DNA of 62,963 bases, counting the filler, from Reticulomyxa filosa (lineage: Eukaryota > Protista > Foraminifera), in NCBI GenBank assembly GCA_000512085.1. It is 17 parts of 17 records of this genome, joined end to end, with 100 filler letters (N's around TTAATTAATTAA, not from the genome) between each part and the next. Parts side by side here need not be neighbours in the genome. Positions count along the whole stretch, not along the records: positions 24,923 to 26,800 come from ASPP01009278.1; positions 26,901 to 27,983 come from ASPP01003017.1; positions 28,084 to 30,370 come from ASPP01004509.1; positions 30,471 to 31,475 come from ASPP01021153.1; positions 31,576 to 43,542 come from ASPP01020958.1; 12 more parts are not named here. One strand, given 5' to 3'. The notes beneath the pieces are model-generated. The model searched no databases. It was not told the DNA's origin and saw nothing but the letters and a program-made list of their open reading frames with translations. Positions within the stretch are counted from its first letter, which is position 1. Each line of letters opens with the position of its first letter. The translations under genes were made by a program, and so were the position numbers. Below are positions 26,473 to 39,274 of the stretch, in pieces.

Positions 26473-26776
26473 AGTAGATTGCGTTCAATAAATAACATCA
26501 AATAATTTTAACACATTTTATTTGTTATTTTTTTATCAATGAAAGAATATAATATATTATATTTTAATTTGACATTTTCCGCTATTTTGTTTTAAATACT
26601 TTTGGAACATTCATATACTATAAAATAAATTTATACATTCTCACGTCCGTCACAATGTAATTTTATTTCAAAGATAGAAAATTAATTTATTTAGTTTTTG
26701 ATGTTTGTTGGTTAACAAAGTCTATTTACTGTAGCAGCTAGAACTTGAAAAGATTGTGGATTGTCTACTGTAGATA

Positions 26777-26800
26777 CAGTAGGTTGAAAAGAAAACTGAA
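26777..26800 (+). mobile_element. TIR end of the same element family at a contig break
   Basis: TA|CAGTAGGTTGAAAAGAAAACTGAA resembles the reverse complement of the family terminus. Confidence 0.5.
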
Positions 26801-26954
26801 NNNNNNNNNNNNNNNNNNNNNNNNNNNNNNNNNNNNNNNNNNNNTTAATTAATTAANNNNNNNNNNNNNNNNNNNNNNNNNNNNNNNNNNNNNNNNNNNN
26901 TTTTAGGCGTTTAGTTTTCTTTGCAACATACTGTATTATATAAATTTTGATTAA

Positions 26955-27030
26955 ATTTGTTTCTTCAAAGAGAAAATTAATTAACTATATAATATGTTAT
27001 TTAGGTTTCAACTTTCTTTTCATTCTAATG
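26955..27030 (-). mobile_element. TIR copy of the same family
   Basis: ...CTATATAATATGTTATTTAGGTTTCAACTTTCTTTTCATTCTAATG|TA. Confidence 0.5.
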
Positions 27031-28229
27031 TATATTCCAGATTTAGCATAAAATTCCATTGCATAATTTTTTTTCCATTTTATAAATTTCGTAATAGTTG
27101 AATTTTGTATCTTTTTTTCGTTTTCTTGACACGTTGCTTATATGCACGACATATCAATTAACACTTTACTTCTTTTTTTTGGAAGTAATCACACACGAGA
27201 TTATACAATTAAATATACTATTATTTGCGTAATTGCTAATTCAAATGCATTAACGGTCATTGTTTCGTTGACTTGGGTAATATAACAGTCAGTTAATCTT
27301 TCACAAATTATATACACATAATATATAGTGACTGCAACCAAATGTTAGGACAATGATTTTTTAGACAAATCAACTGTGTTAACTTATTATAAATAAACAA
27401 AACTCAAAATTCTTAACTTTTAGTTTTTCTTTGTAACATGAAGCGTATTCTTCACGCAAATCCGGATTAGATAATTTTCCTTTTGTTCAGTATTTTCTTA
27501 GTTTCCTTTTTGATATTTACTAAATCTTTGTCGTCTACTTCCATTTTACTTGGAGAAAAAATATGCAATAATTTCTAGTATAATTAAAAGATAGCGGAAA
27601 AAAGAGAATACTCTAACAAAGATAAATTTCAGCACTGACTCTAGAAAAAAAGATAACAATAATAAGAACAGAACCAACTGGATAGAACGCAATTATGCTG
27701 CTGCAGGAGAAAAAGACCGTAGAAAAAACACAAAAAAAAGAAATAGATAGAGTATACAACAAACTTCAACAATTAAAACTTGAATGGTGCCCATATAGAC
27801 AATGGCTTTGAAAACAAAACTGAACTTGTACAATATTTTTCAAATTTGATTTCTATTTATTTGTTGTTTTTTTCTCTGTTATGCATAGAAATTTCATACA
27901 CATCATATAACGTTAACTGAGACTTTTTGACGATATCTAACGTTATTTTTCTCGATTTTATTTATTATACTGTAGGAGAAGCTNNNNNNNNNNNNNNNNN
28001 NNNNNNNNNNNNNNNNNNNNNNNNNNNTTAATTAATTAANNNNNNNNNNNNNNNNNNNNNNNNNNNNNNNNNNNNNNNNNNNNAAAAATAAACATTTAAA
28101 GCTAATTTTTTTAAAAAAATGGTCGAAAAAAAAATTAATAAAGTCCTTGTTTGATAAATAATTTTACATTGTTATGTTGATGGTTGATAAAATTAAAAGC
28201 AATTGCTTAAAGAAAAAGAAGAAGAATAT

Positions 28230-30100
28230 GCTCAAATGGTCTTTGTCCAATAATTGCAACAACGACAACAACAACACAATGATGAAGTGAACCGAGTCAA
28301 AACTCTTTGGAAAAAGAATGATAAGTGCGTGTTGATATCCAAAAGCGAGTCCAAATGAAAATAAGAATTCGAGCAAAAAATCATTGAATTGACACTAGAA
28401 ATTGATAAATTAAAAGTATGTTTCCATTTTTTTTGTTTTAGTTGTATTTGCATTGCAAAGAAACAAGAGGAAATTCAAGCAGGAGGTGATAATAGGCAAA
28501 CAGCCTTGTTGGAAGACGCAATAATAAAAAAAAAAATCAAGAAATTGAATCTAAAACAGACAAACTCAAAGCTTCTCGTGAACAAATTAATATTTTGAGA
28601 AAAGAAAAAGTTAAGAAAGCAAATATTGACAATTTGTTGTAATCTTGAATTTATCAGTTAATCTTGTTGGTTTGCTTGTTTTGATAGACGGAACCCGAAA
28701 AAAATTCACGAAGCCAAACAGTAGACTTGGAAAATTAAAAAATATCCTTATTGGGCGATTTGAATAGACAACAAACAGAATTTAGCTATGTTCAAACCCA
28801 AAATGAAGACTTGTGTAAAAACATTGACGTCATTAAATCTGGCATTTCTGAAACAAGGACACAACTTTTTTGCAACATTACAAGCCAATTGTGAAGTTGA
28901 GCAAAAGACTAAAACATAATCTAACAAGCAAAGAGCATAGTTTGTTATTTTGTGAATTTGTCTTAAATATGAAGAAAAAAGTATTTGCTGAAATACAAAG
29001 ACGAAGTTAAACGATTAAAAGGAGAATTATCTGAAAAAGAGACAGAATTACAAAAAGAAGTCGAAGCAAAAAGAGCAAGTGATCAACATAGCCATAATAA
29101 ACGAACCAAAAATGAAAGTTTGCAAGAGAAAATAAGAGAAATGGAAAAAGAAATTGTATAATTGAGTGATTTCTCTAAGCACAATGCGGTAATTAAGTCA
29201 GCAGTAGAAAAAGAATGAAGCGAGTTTGAAGAAAAAATTGAAATATTTGAAAAACAGCTTAAATCTCAAAAGAGAGAAGAGGAATTACACTGTGTTAAAA
29301 CGCAAGCCAAGGCAAATTTGAGCTCTTTGGCCGAAAAAACGGACAATGAAGAATTGATAGTGCTAATCACACAAAAAGATGACTAGATTCGTGGTGCCAA
29401 TGAAAGAATTGTTAAATTGGATGATGGATTGAACGAAGCAAGAAACACCGGAGAAAACTTGTCCAAGAAATTAACAGCTTTGAGCGACGAATTGGAAGTG
29501 ATCAAAAAGGAAAAGCCGATTTGTTTGGATATGTCGAAAAATTGAAGGAAGAATTAAAAGATAAAGGTTATATGCACAAAATGCGGAAAGTGTAGCATCG
29601 AACAAGATCAACAACTTGGAAAAAGAATTGTCAGCTCACAAAGAAAAATATACAAACGAAATCAACTTTGTGGAGGCGTCAAACCGAAAATTCTCAGAAC
29701 AAATTGACGACCTTAAAAAGAATTTTCTGACAAATCATCTAAAAGCACTTTGTTTGCAGACAAGCGGTTGATGATATCGGAACTTTTTTAATTCGGAATC
29801 ATCTTGAAAGGACAAGTCGAGTGACTGAACAATCAATACAATCAAACTGCTTTAAAAGATAGATATAGCAAAATTAATGCCTTTATGGACAAATGGAAAA
29901 GTCAATTGGAGAAAAAGATAGCAAAATTGGTGATTTGGAAGGAAGATTGTTGGAAACAAAAAAACAGGAATTCCCGAATTCCAAAATTACAAACAACAAT
30001 CGAAAATTAAATATTGAAATCAAGTAAAATGCCAATAAGTTCGAACGTGAAAAAGTAGCATATACTAAAGATGAAAACACAATGAATATAAAGACAAAAA
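28230..30100 (+). pseudogene. Decayed long coiled-coil protein gene
   Basis: E/K/Q-rich heptad segments (IKDEVKRLKGELSEKETELQKEVEAKR) broken by many stops and frameshifts. Confidence 0.55.
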
Positions 30101-31656
30101 ACAATATAATTTTTTTTATTTTTTATTTTTTATTTTATTTTATTTAGGTGTATGGCAGACACATTGAAAAAAAAAACTGTCGACAGTAGACATGTGAATG
30201 CATATATTTGACATGGTAACAGTTATGCGATGGGGGGACGTAATAATAGGATAGATTAACTCATAGACTTATAAGAATTGCCTTAAGTCTAGAGCAAAGT
30301 ACTGTATTATATCTAGCATTTTACCTAATACTACTGTTGCTGATCATAACAATATTGGTAGCACTGGCGCNNNNNNNNNNNNNNNNNNNNNNNNNNNNNN
30401 NNNNNNNNNNNNNNTTAATTAATTAANNNNNNNNNNNNNNNNNNNNNNNNNNNNNNNNNNNNNNNNNNNNCTTCGTTAATACTTGAAGTTTGTGCAAGAA
30501 GGTCCTCTTTTGCTTCGATTTGGCCATCCATGGGGCTTTTTCTTGAAATGTTGAAAACTTTTGATGAAGGATTTTGTTTAAAATTTTTTAGAGTTTTTTT
30601 TGTCAGTTTTTACTCCGATTTGCCACTCCTTTGAAAGAAAAAGCTGAATTTTATCAAGACAGTTTTATTGTTAGGATCCTTCCTTTAGCTGATGCAATTA
30701 TTTTATTCAATTTGAAACCTATTTGTTACTTGAAAAACTGGAGTCATATTTTGTTACCTTTTTTTTTTTTGTGAAGAAGTACTGTTATTACAATAGTGTT
30801 CTGTATCTTTGAAAAAAAAATTATGGCATACTGCCGTTTTGACGGACAGTAAGAGTAACTTTAGTTTGAAGGCCTTCTCCTTGTTTTTCCAGTACTGTTG
30901 TTCATCAATAAATCATTTTGAAATACATTTGGTCAAAAATGGATACTCACAGTAATGATATTATTTGTCAAATCTCCGTCATTTACTTGTTTTTACTCAT
31001 GCTTTTTTAAATTGTTTGTTTTGTTGTGTTGTGAATATGTGTATTGCGAATTCAAATTTCTAAATAAAAAGGCTTGAGTAACACCAATAAGTTACATTAA
31101 GTGTATTTTATGAATGTTAGACATTGCATATGATCAAATACTTTTTAATCTTTCGAAAATTTCAATTGGATATTATTTGTGAGGTTTTCTTTGCAATCAA
31201 TAATTTACAAGATTTTACTGTGCATCTTTTTTTTTGTATGATTTATGAAAATCTTCGTATTGTGTTTATTTCTTAGTTTTGTGATAATTGGATGGATGCG
31301 ATTTTGTTTGAATGTATCTATGATCGTGAAGTGGCTGAGACAAGCTCACTGGACTTTCTGGCTTGTTCAAGAGGTTATTTCATTGTTTGTTTGTTTTTTT
31401 TCCCAATGCAAAATCTTGTGTGTTTTCACAGGAATGTCTAACACAAAATATCATTCCAATTTTGGTGATTTGACANNNNNNNNNNNNNNNNNNNNNNNNN
31501 NNNNNNNNNNNNNNNNNNNTTAATTAATTAANNNNNNNNNNNNNNNNNNNNNNNNNNNNNNNNNNNNNNNNNNNNAAAAAAAAAAAAAAAAAAAAGATAT
31601 ATACGTATATCTGTGTGTATGTGTGTGTGTATGTACGAAAATCATGGGAAAAACAG

Positions 31657-32380
31657 TAGACAAACTCGACCAATGGCTAAAAAAAAAAGTGAGATCCTAG
31701 AATCCCATACAAAGGCGTCCACATGGCGGCTCTATTACCTTCTAGAATATAGAACAGTTCTTGGAATAATTCTTGGAGTGATTGGAAAAGCAGTATATGG
31801 AGCAGCATGTGGTGCAAAAATTGGAGTGTGGCTTGGATTACCCGGTTTACTCATTGGAATAGCAGGTGGATTGGTATGTGGAACAGTGATAGGGGTGGGT
31901 CAATGGCTTTGGGAAAGACACCAAAAAAAGAAAAGTGAAGAAGAGGAGCGGCTCAGAGCTTCGATCTCAGAGCCACGTACAATAGATAATGATTCTGCAG
32001 TTGAGAGAAATTATTCCTTTGATGGCCAAGAATGTGATGCATCTTTGCCGTGTCTTGATGGAATCGAAAAGTTTTCGAAAGAACAATCGGAGTTTCACAA
32101 AAGTATAACCGAAGAGGAATTTATTGAATCCACCAAAAAAAAAATGCAAGGACATAACGATATCGTGAAACAAATGAAACAATGTCTGGATAAGATCGAA
32201 GAAATGGAGGCAGAAGGCTCTGAAGGAAGTAAGGAAATAGAGATTGCGCACCTGTTTGATTTTTGTCAAGATGATGCATTTTTTGAACGCATAATCTCAA
32301 TCATTGAGTACTTTATCGAGGATGGAGACGATATAAAAAAAAATATCGATTCATTTTGGAAAGTGTGTTTAAAGAAGTAG
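31657..32380 (+). CDS. Coiled-coil/glycine-zipper family member 1 (last exon only; exon 1 beyond contig start)
   Basis: Phase-2 acceptor AAACAG|T ending at 31656, then RQTRPM.., a Gly-zipper hydrophobic segment, and C-terminus IDSFWKVCLKK. Confidence 0.8.
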
Positions 32381-33132
32381 ATACCAATCAAACATTTTTT
32401 TGAGGCTATTATGTTTGATTGACTGTTTCTCTTTTTTTTTTTTCAAAAGTAGTTTTTATAACTTTGTGGTCAATAACCATAAAATAGCTTCCGAGTTATT
32501 GTCTTTTGTAGAAATATTGTTTTTCATAAAGAGTCTATGGAGTCACAAACGTGTGGGGATCAAGTAAAATCCTCATCGAAGAAACAAAATTATTATGGCG
32601 ATTTTTATGTTCTATTTTAAATTTAAGCTTAAACTTTTAAAGCTTCCAAAAAGAAACACTTGCAACTGCAAACTGTATCGGCAAATAGTAACAAAAATCC
32701 CTTTTCAATAAAGCTCACTTTTATTCTTTTATCCGTTTCAAGTGGTGTTTTCATTTTTTTCCTATAAAAAAAAAAGCAAAGGCATAACTTTAAAAATTAT
32801 AATGTTAAAACAAAAAACAAAATTCAAAAAACAAGACAAACAAGATTATTGTAAAGCTTTGTATTAATACTAATATTCCTATTGTATAATTAAAAATCCA
32901 AAAACAAATCTAAACATCTGAAATGCCACCTTATGAAAATTCAATTATCATATGTTAATCTACTTCTCCACTAAGAGTGATAACAGGAATACATTTTTCC
33001 AGTTAATCAAACATGTTGCTATACTGATCTTTGTAAACTTGGTTAAAAAAAAGACTCCACGACAAAGGGACCTTTTTTCGCACTGCCCTAGTAACGAGTG
33101 TTTAGTGTACTGCAGTTCTTTTTTAAGGTGAA

Positions 33133-34361
33133 ATGGCCTACAGTGAATTAAAAACTACAGAAAAGCAAAACAGAGACAAAGATATTGAACAGTACAAAAA
33201 GTTAGACAAAGAACTAAACTTTAACGTTGCGAAACTTTTGGAAGAAGAGAAAATAAACTACAAGAAATTTGATCACGTGATAAAAGATCTACAAAATCGT
33301 TTACGGTCCTATAACGAAAAGAAAGAGTTAGTTCAGGATCGAATCTCCCAAGAATTCTATGACAAGTTAACAAGTGCAGTGCAACAATCACTTAAATGGA
33401 AGAAAGATTTTGTGGGAGCCTTGACCACGAGTACGAAACATGTTAATAGCTTAATTGTGGCCGCAGATAAACAGTTAGGGAATTTGGAAACAGCAAAAGA
33501 ACGTATAATGAATCAAAGCGACACCACAGAAAAAAATGCGGAAACGAGAAACATGCTCTACCAATTTATAGAGTGGGATTCAGAAATACAAGAAGATTTG
33601 AAAGGTATTATGACTGAATGGAAGACATTACGTCACGAATTGCGTGAGTTAGCAAGTATTTGGAAAGAAGTGAGCGAATATTCAGTTCAAAAATAGTTAG
33701 ACAGATATATACGTATATATGTATACGTATGAATAAGATTAAAGCAAATAAAATGTGCATATCTGTATACAGCTGTGAGAAAGAAATCAAGCATCTTCAA
33801 AAAAAAGCTAAAGAAACATGTTTACTCGTGGTCAAGCACGAAAAGATATCCAAATGGAGATTTTTGATATTTATAGGATTTGCAGGTGTTGTGGGAGCAG
33901 TTCTCGGTGGAATAACTGGGTTATCTTGCGGAGTGCCTGGAGTAATCGCCGGAGTAGGAGTTGGATTGGTAATTGGAATTGGAGTAGGAACATTAGCTTG
34001 CCTTAAGAAAGAAAGAGACGAAACTGGAGTCAATTCCATGATAGCTGAGTGTACGAAAAAATATTCAAGGTTAGACGAAAATATGATGGCCAACGACAAT
34101 TTTTTCGAAAACATTGAACAAAAGATCACCCAGGGAAATGCTGGCTTCATAAAGCAGCTGAAACAAAGCCTGGACAAAAGCGATGAAATAGAGGAAAAGG
34201 ACACCAACGAACGTGAGAAAAAAATTTCGAATCAGTTTTCCTATTTCCAAAATAAACGATTTTTTAAACTTGCTACTTCCAGAATAAAGGAAGTTAATAC
34301 CGATATAAAGCGCATTAACAAAGAAATTAATAATATTTGGAAAATCTGCTTAAAAGGGTAG
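33133..34361 (+). CDS. Coiled-coil/glycine-zipper family member 2 (2 exons, 383 aa)
   Basis: Exons 33133-33695 and 33773-34361; the GTTAG..CAG phase-2 intron restores the frame (TA+C=Tyr). Confidence 0.85.
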
Positions 34362-35269
34362 ATACCAAAAAGTGTGTTGTTTTGGAATTTTTTTGTTGAC
34401 CAATAGTATGAATGGATTGTTCGGAGTCTCTTACTGTTTTGTGCCCATGCTTTGCATAAAAAATTTATGTGTTTAATGTATTGATGATGACATACAAAAT
34501 GAAAATAAAATATGGATGTTTTTTTCGACACACAAACAAAATTCACGCGAAAGTCAATCTCGATAAAACTTGTAGCTGTGTCCATGAAGAGATCATTTTT
34601 TAAATTGACACATCTCACGTTTTCGTTTTTTTCTTTTCGCAAACGAGATGATATAATATGTTTTAAGGGATATTGCATTTTACTTGGATTTTATAATTAA
34701 ATATTCCACGTTTACAAGTCAAATATTTCTAACAGAGCAACTACAATACATTTTAAAAGAGGCCCTTTTAAAAAAATTAAAGTTCTGGTCAACTTGTAAA
34801 CAAAAAAGTATCATGATCTTTTCTTTTTTTTAGCTATGTTATTGTTATTAAGATTATCTTGTCGAAGCATTTGAATCATCTTGTGGATGATTGCAACTAC
34901 CTTTTAAGAGACAACAAAAACCCTTCAAATAAAAAAGCTTGGAAATCAAATACTTGCTTTGAATTAATAAAATGGTGTTACTATTTTTATGGTTTGAATT
35001 TAGTAACAAGATCAAAAATTGTGGTTACTTGAAACTTGTTTGCTTCTGTATGGAAATGAAATTGAGTTTAAATGATAAAGCAAAATCAAGATTAGCTCAA
35101 AAGATAAAAAAATGATGAATTTTTAAAGATAAAGCATGTCTGAAAAATTCAAAAAGAAAAATTAAAAACAAAAAAGACGAAAATCAAGTTCCTTAAGAAA
35201 ATTCTCAACGTGAAAAAAGTTGTGCATGCAAAAAAAATCTTTTTTACTATATAAAAGAAATTCTAGCAT

Positions 35270-36400
35270 ATAAAAACCTGACGGAAACTCGCAACTTTGT
35301 TGCACCGGCTGGAGACATTTCTGATGACAATATTAGTCGATCAAGTGATCAATCGGATTTTATAAATCATAGCTCCAAAGAAAACATTTATGTTGATATA
35401 ACTGTCAATAATGGTGAAACATGTATTGATAACATATAAACAGTTAATGTCTCTTTTGGTTTTGATGATCCAAAGGCTGCATAAAGTAAATAGATGTTTT
35501 GTTCTACCTTAAATCCGTTGCATTTACAAAATTTGTGATGAACGCAAAAAGTGATCACATTTATACACTTTTATATTTATTCTTTAACGATTTTTCAGAA
35601 GATGATGAGTTTAACGTACACTTATTAAATGATGCAAAAATATTTGAATCAATATGTCAAGAATTTCTGTCGGAAATTGAAGAAAAAAATTGTGGAAGAT
35701 ACTAAAGCTGACGAAAGTGGCAGCATTGAGTTATAATGTTACTATTTCTAGGCTGATAAACGCGAGAAAGATATAAACTAAATCAAACACATTGTAGTTC
35801 AGTCTTGGAAACAAGATATTGATATTAAAATGGAAATTGAAAAAAAGTTAAAAGATGATTTCTGGAACATCAACAGACTTGGCGTTGCTTCAATTGTGGG
35901 CCTTAAACTTCATTGATGTGTATAAATCATTTACAAGAGAAAATGTCTTTATATACTAATAGGCTTCGTGCAAACGGTAAATCAATGAAAAAAATATCGT
36001 TATGCTTTTCTTACAGATTTCGTTCAAGTGTGTTGGTGCAGTTTCAACTCGAAATCGCTGGCGGGAATTAGTCATGCTAAATTGTAAAATCATCTTAATG
36101 ATATGATATTCTTTCGGAAATTGATCTGTTATTAATAATTCTCCAAAATATGGAAATTAGATGAATAAGCGAAAACGATGTAAATTATGTTGTCTATACT
36201 CAAACAAGATATGTTCAACCGACATTTGAATGAAAATTCTTTTACTATCAAAAGTGGATAAATGCAAGACTAAGAAAAACATAAAAGACTAATAAAGATG
36301 TTGAAGCGAGGATTTGGTGGTTTAACAAAGCAATCAATTACTCTGAAGAAATTAACATAAAATATTTTGAACCACTTCATATTTTAAATACAAAATATTG
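35270..36400 (+). pseudogene. Coding-like remnant inside the paralog cluster
   Basis: Short ORF 35499-35705 and stop-broken coding-like flanks; not homologous to the cluster genes by eye. Confidence 0.3.
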
Positions 36401-36419
36401 TGTCTGAAAAAATTTAATA

Positions 36420-36570
36420 CAGTAAAGTGCAAAATAAAGTTGACAATTAAAACTGCACTTATAAATATTACTGATTTTCTTCATAAAAAACAACATTCAT
36501 ACATAATTTTTAAAAAATATTTATAAATCGTGTATTTTTTAAATATCATTTGGTTTCTTATTACATATTT
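36420..36570 (+). mobile_element. Solo TIR copy of the Tc1/mariner-like family
   Basis: TA|CAGTAAAGTGC...TGATTTTCTTCATAAAAAACAACAT...TTTTTAAATATCATTTGGTTT aligns with 25360-25510. Confidence 0.65.
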
Positions 36571-36967
36571 AATAATTGTTTAAAAAATTTGAATATTTAT
36601 TGATTTTTGAAAATTTTCAAGAAAATTCGACAATCGTGCATGTGTCGTAACCATGAAATTTGACAATTTTTTTTTAAGCATTTTCAGAAAGTGCCAAATG
36701 CAAAATCATTTTTTTAAAGAATGAAAATAATCAAAAAACGCAAATAGCAAACTATCCTGAAAATTGAATTATCAAATCGTTTCTCAAAAGTAGAAACGGG
36801 AAAAAGAAATAAAACTTAATTGAGAAAAATATAAAAATAGATTAGTTTTTGCCTATAAAAATGTTCAATTTTGTGCAGTTTTAAATCTTTACAAAGACAG
36901 GGCACGCAAAAAATTTTTAGTACAGAGTAAAAGCAGTAGTCAAACTTTTAAAGAAAAACAAGAAAAC

Positions 36968-38666
36968 ATGAGAATATGGTCTTTCTTCAAAACACAAAAA
37001 AAACAAGAGAAATTGGAAGTGAAGGAAGCGCTTGAAGAATACGAGCAAAAGACTGAAAACATTAGAGACTTGGAAGATATCACAATTCTTTTGGAAAAAG
37101 AGAAAGAAAATTATGAGGAGTTCAAGCGACTGATAGATGATTTGGACAACTTTATAAGAGATTATGATCAAGAACGAGCGTCTCGTGGACGGCGAGCGAA
37201 TAAAAGTACTTGTATAAAATTTTACAACGAATTGATTACAGCAATGAAAAAAACCTTGAAATGGAAAGCCGGCTTTGTGAAGACATTGACAAGTAGTACA
37301 AGACACATTAACGATTTAATTTTTTCCACAATCTTGCAAGAAACTCGTATACGTCATACTCTGGAATATATACAAAAAAACGAAGATGAGGCGCTAAAAT
37401 TAGATGAGACAAAAAAGATGATAACGAGCGTCTTGGAATGGAGTAAAAGCGTAAATCCACTTTTAGATAACATAATGCATGACTGGAGCAACTTACACAG
37501 TGAGTTATCCACGTTAAGGCGTGAATGGATACGTATTTCCGGTTCTGAAGACAACGTACTTTCGTTATGTCTTTGCTATAATAATATATATGTATATATG
37601 TGTACATATACATATATACACACATGCACGTATAATTTTTTTTTATATTACGTATATATTAATATTTAGCACGTAAGGTAGCTTTATGTATACATTTTTT
37701 TGCATCATCAAAAAATACGCAAATAATGATAATAAGGAAAAAAGTTGTGCATTTGTACATATGTATGTGTATATGTAATCCAAATGTGCGCAATTTGAAA
37801 AAAACAGTGAACAGGTTCGTCCACATGCTAACAAGATCAACCAAAACTTAACAAAACAAACAGAAACATCGAAGTGGAGAAAATACACGTATTATTTAAT
37901 TGGTGCTGCTGTCGGTTTTATCCTGGGAATGGTCGCCGGAGCAAAAATTGGATGCACAATTGGCTGTGGTGTGGGTGGAATTGCTGGAGCTGTGGTGATG
38001 TATGGTGTAGGCGGGATCGCTGGTGGAGTTGCAGGCGCAGGTGCAGGTGCATTAATTGGAGCTGTATGTGGAGGAGTGAAGGGAGTGGTGACAGGAGTAA
38101 GTAGCGCGCATACGACTGTTACCAAATTAGAGCAAATGGAAGCACATAAAAACCAAAATTCTAGAGAGGATGGAAACTGTATCCAAAAAAAAGAGCCCGT
38201 TTACAATTCAAGGATAAATATCAACAACAGTGCAAGCAATGAGACGAGTAATAATAACGAGTCCGAAATTATTGGCAATATACGTCCGAAAATTTCACTA
38301 TGTGGAGATTTATCGAAAACTACAATTGAGCCCGAGTTTCGAGATGGCAAGGCATTTGCACGACGACAGTGCTTGTTGGAAACAAACGCAGAACTGCAAA
38401 AAAGTAAAACGGTGTTTGATAACCTCAAGCAGAGGATTCGAAGTGACATCGAATGCATGACAACATCTGTCAATAAGTGTTTGAAGGAGATTGAAGAGAT
38501 AGAAGCAACAAATGCTTCTGCCGAAAATATTGCGAGAAGGCTTGAGCCCTATCATGATAAGCAATTTTGGGATCATATCCTCTCAAACATGGAAGATGTT
38601 GTCGAAAATGGAAAGATCATGAAAAAGAAAATTGACTCCTTCTGGAGTGCTTCTTTAGACTCTTAG
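36968..38666 (+). CDS. Coiled-coil/glycine-zipper family member 3 (2 exons, about 484 aa)
   Basis: Exons 36968-37563 and 37808-38666 with a GTTA..CAG phase-2 intron at the homologous position. An alternative phase-0 intron 37556-37814 also keeps the frame. Confidence 0.85.
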
Positions 38667-39274
38667 TTACCTAAACGTATACAGTTTTATAGATACATTG
38701 TTTCGTTTAGATTACTTTTTTTTTCCACGTACAGTAGAGCTTTCTTTTTTTTCTCTTCCTCAATGAATTTTTTTGGAGTTTTATTGTTTCGAGTCGCTTT
38801 ATTATCATCAAAGCTTCTCAAAAACACATTTTTTCCCCTTTTCTTGGATAAATGGAGGGAAGACTGTTTTCAAATGGTGTTTGCTGATTTGTTGCATAAG
38901 TTTTTCATTAGAAAATACATTTACTAAAATTGCATTGAAAATATTTCGACAAAAACAAAAACTCAATGAAGTTAAAAAAATAGTAGTGGCTACACATATT
39001 CACTCCATCTTCGATATAAACGTATAAAAAAAATTTCTTTTGCATGTTCAGTAATAATCTAATTTTTAGTGTGATCAGTCTTAAATAATTTCTGTTTTAT
39101 TTGTTGCTGCGCTTTTTTGGATTCACTTACTTGTCTTTTTCCATTGTAAGCTATACGGAGCGAAAGTTTAGATAATAAGGGAACGTAGAAAAAAGGGTTT
39201 CACTCTTTTTTTCCTAAAAAAAAGTCGTGAGGGTTCTCCTTTAATTCCAGCTCAAATAAAAGAAAATTTTAAAA

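Noticed and set aside
1-30100. Alternative genetic code explaining frequent in-frame stops
   Set aside because: Stops co-occur with frameshifts in decayed genes, while conserved genes (RBM42, MAPK, G-alpha, FAM172A) have no internal stops and TAA, TAG and TGA all serve as terminators in intact genes.
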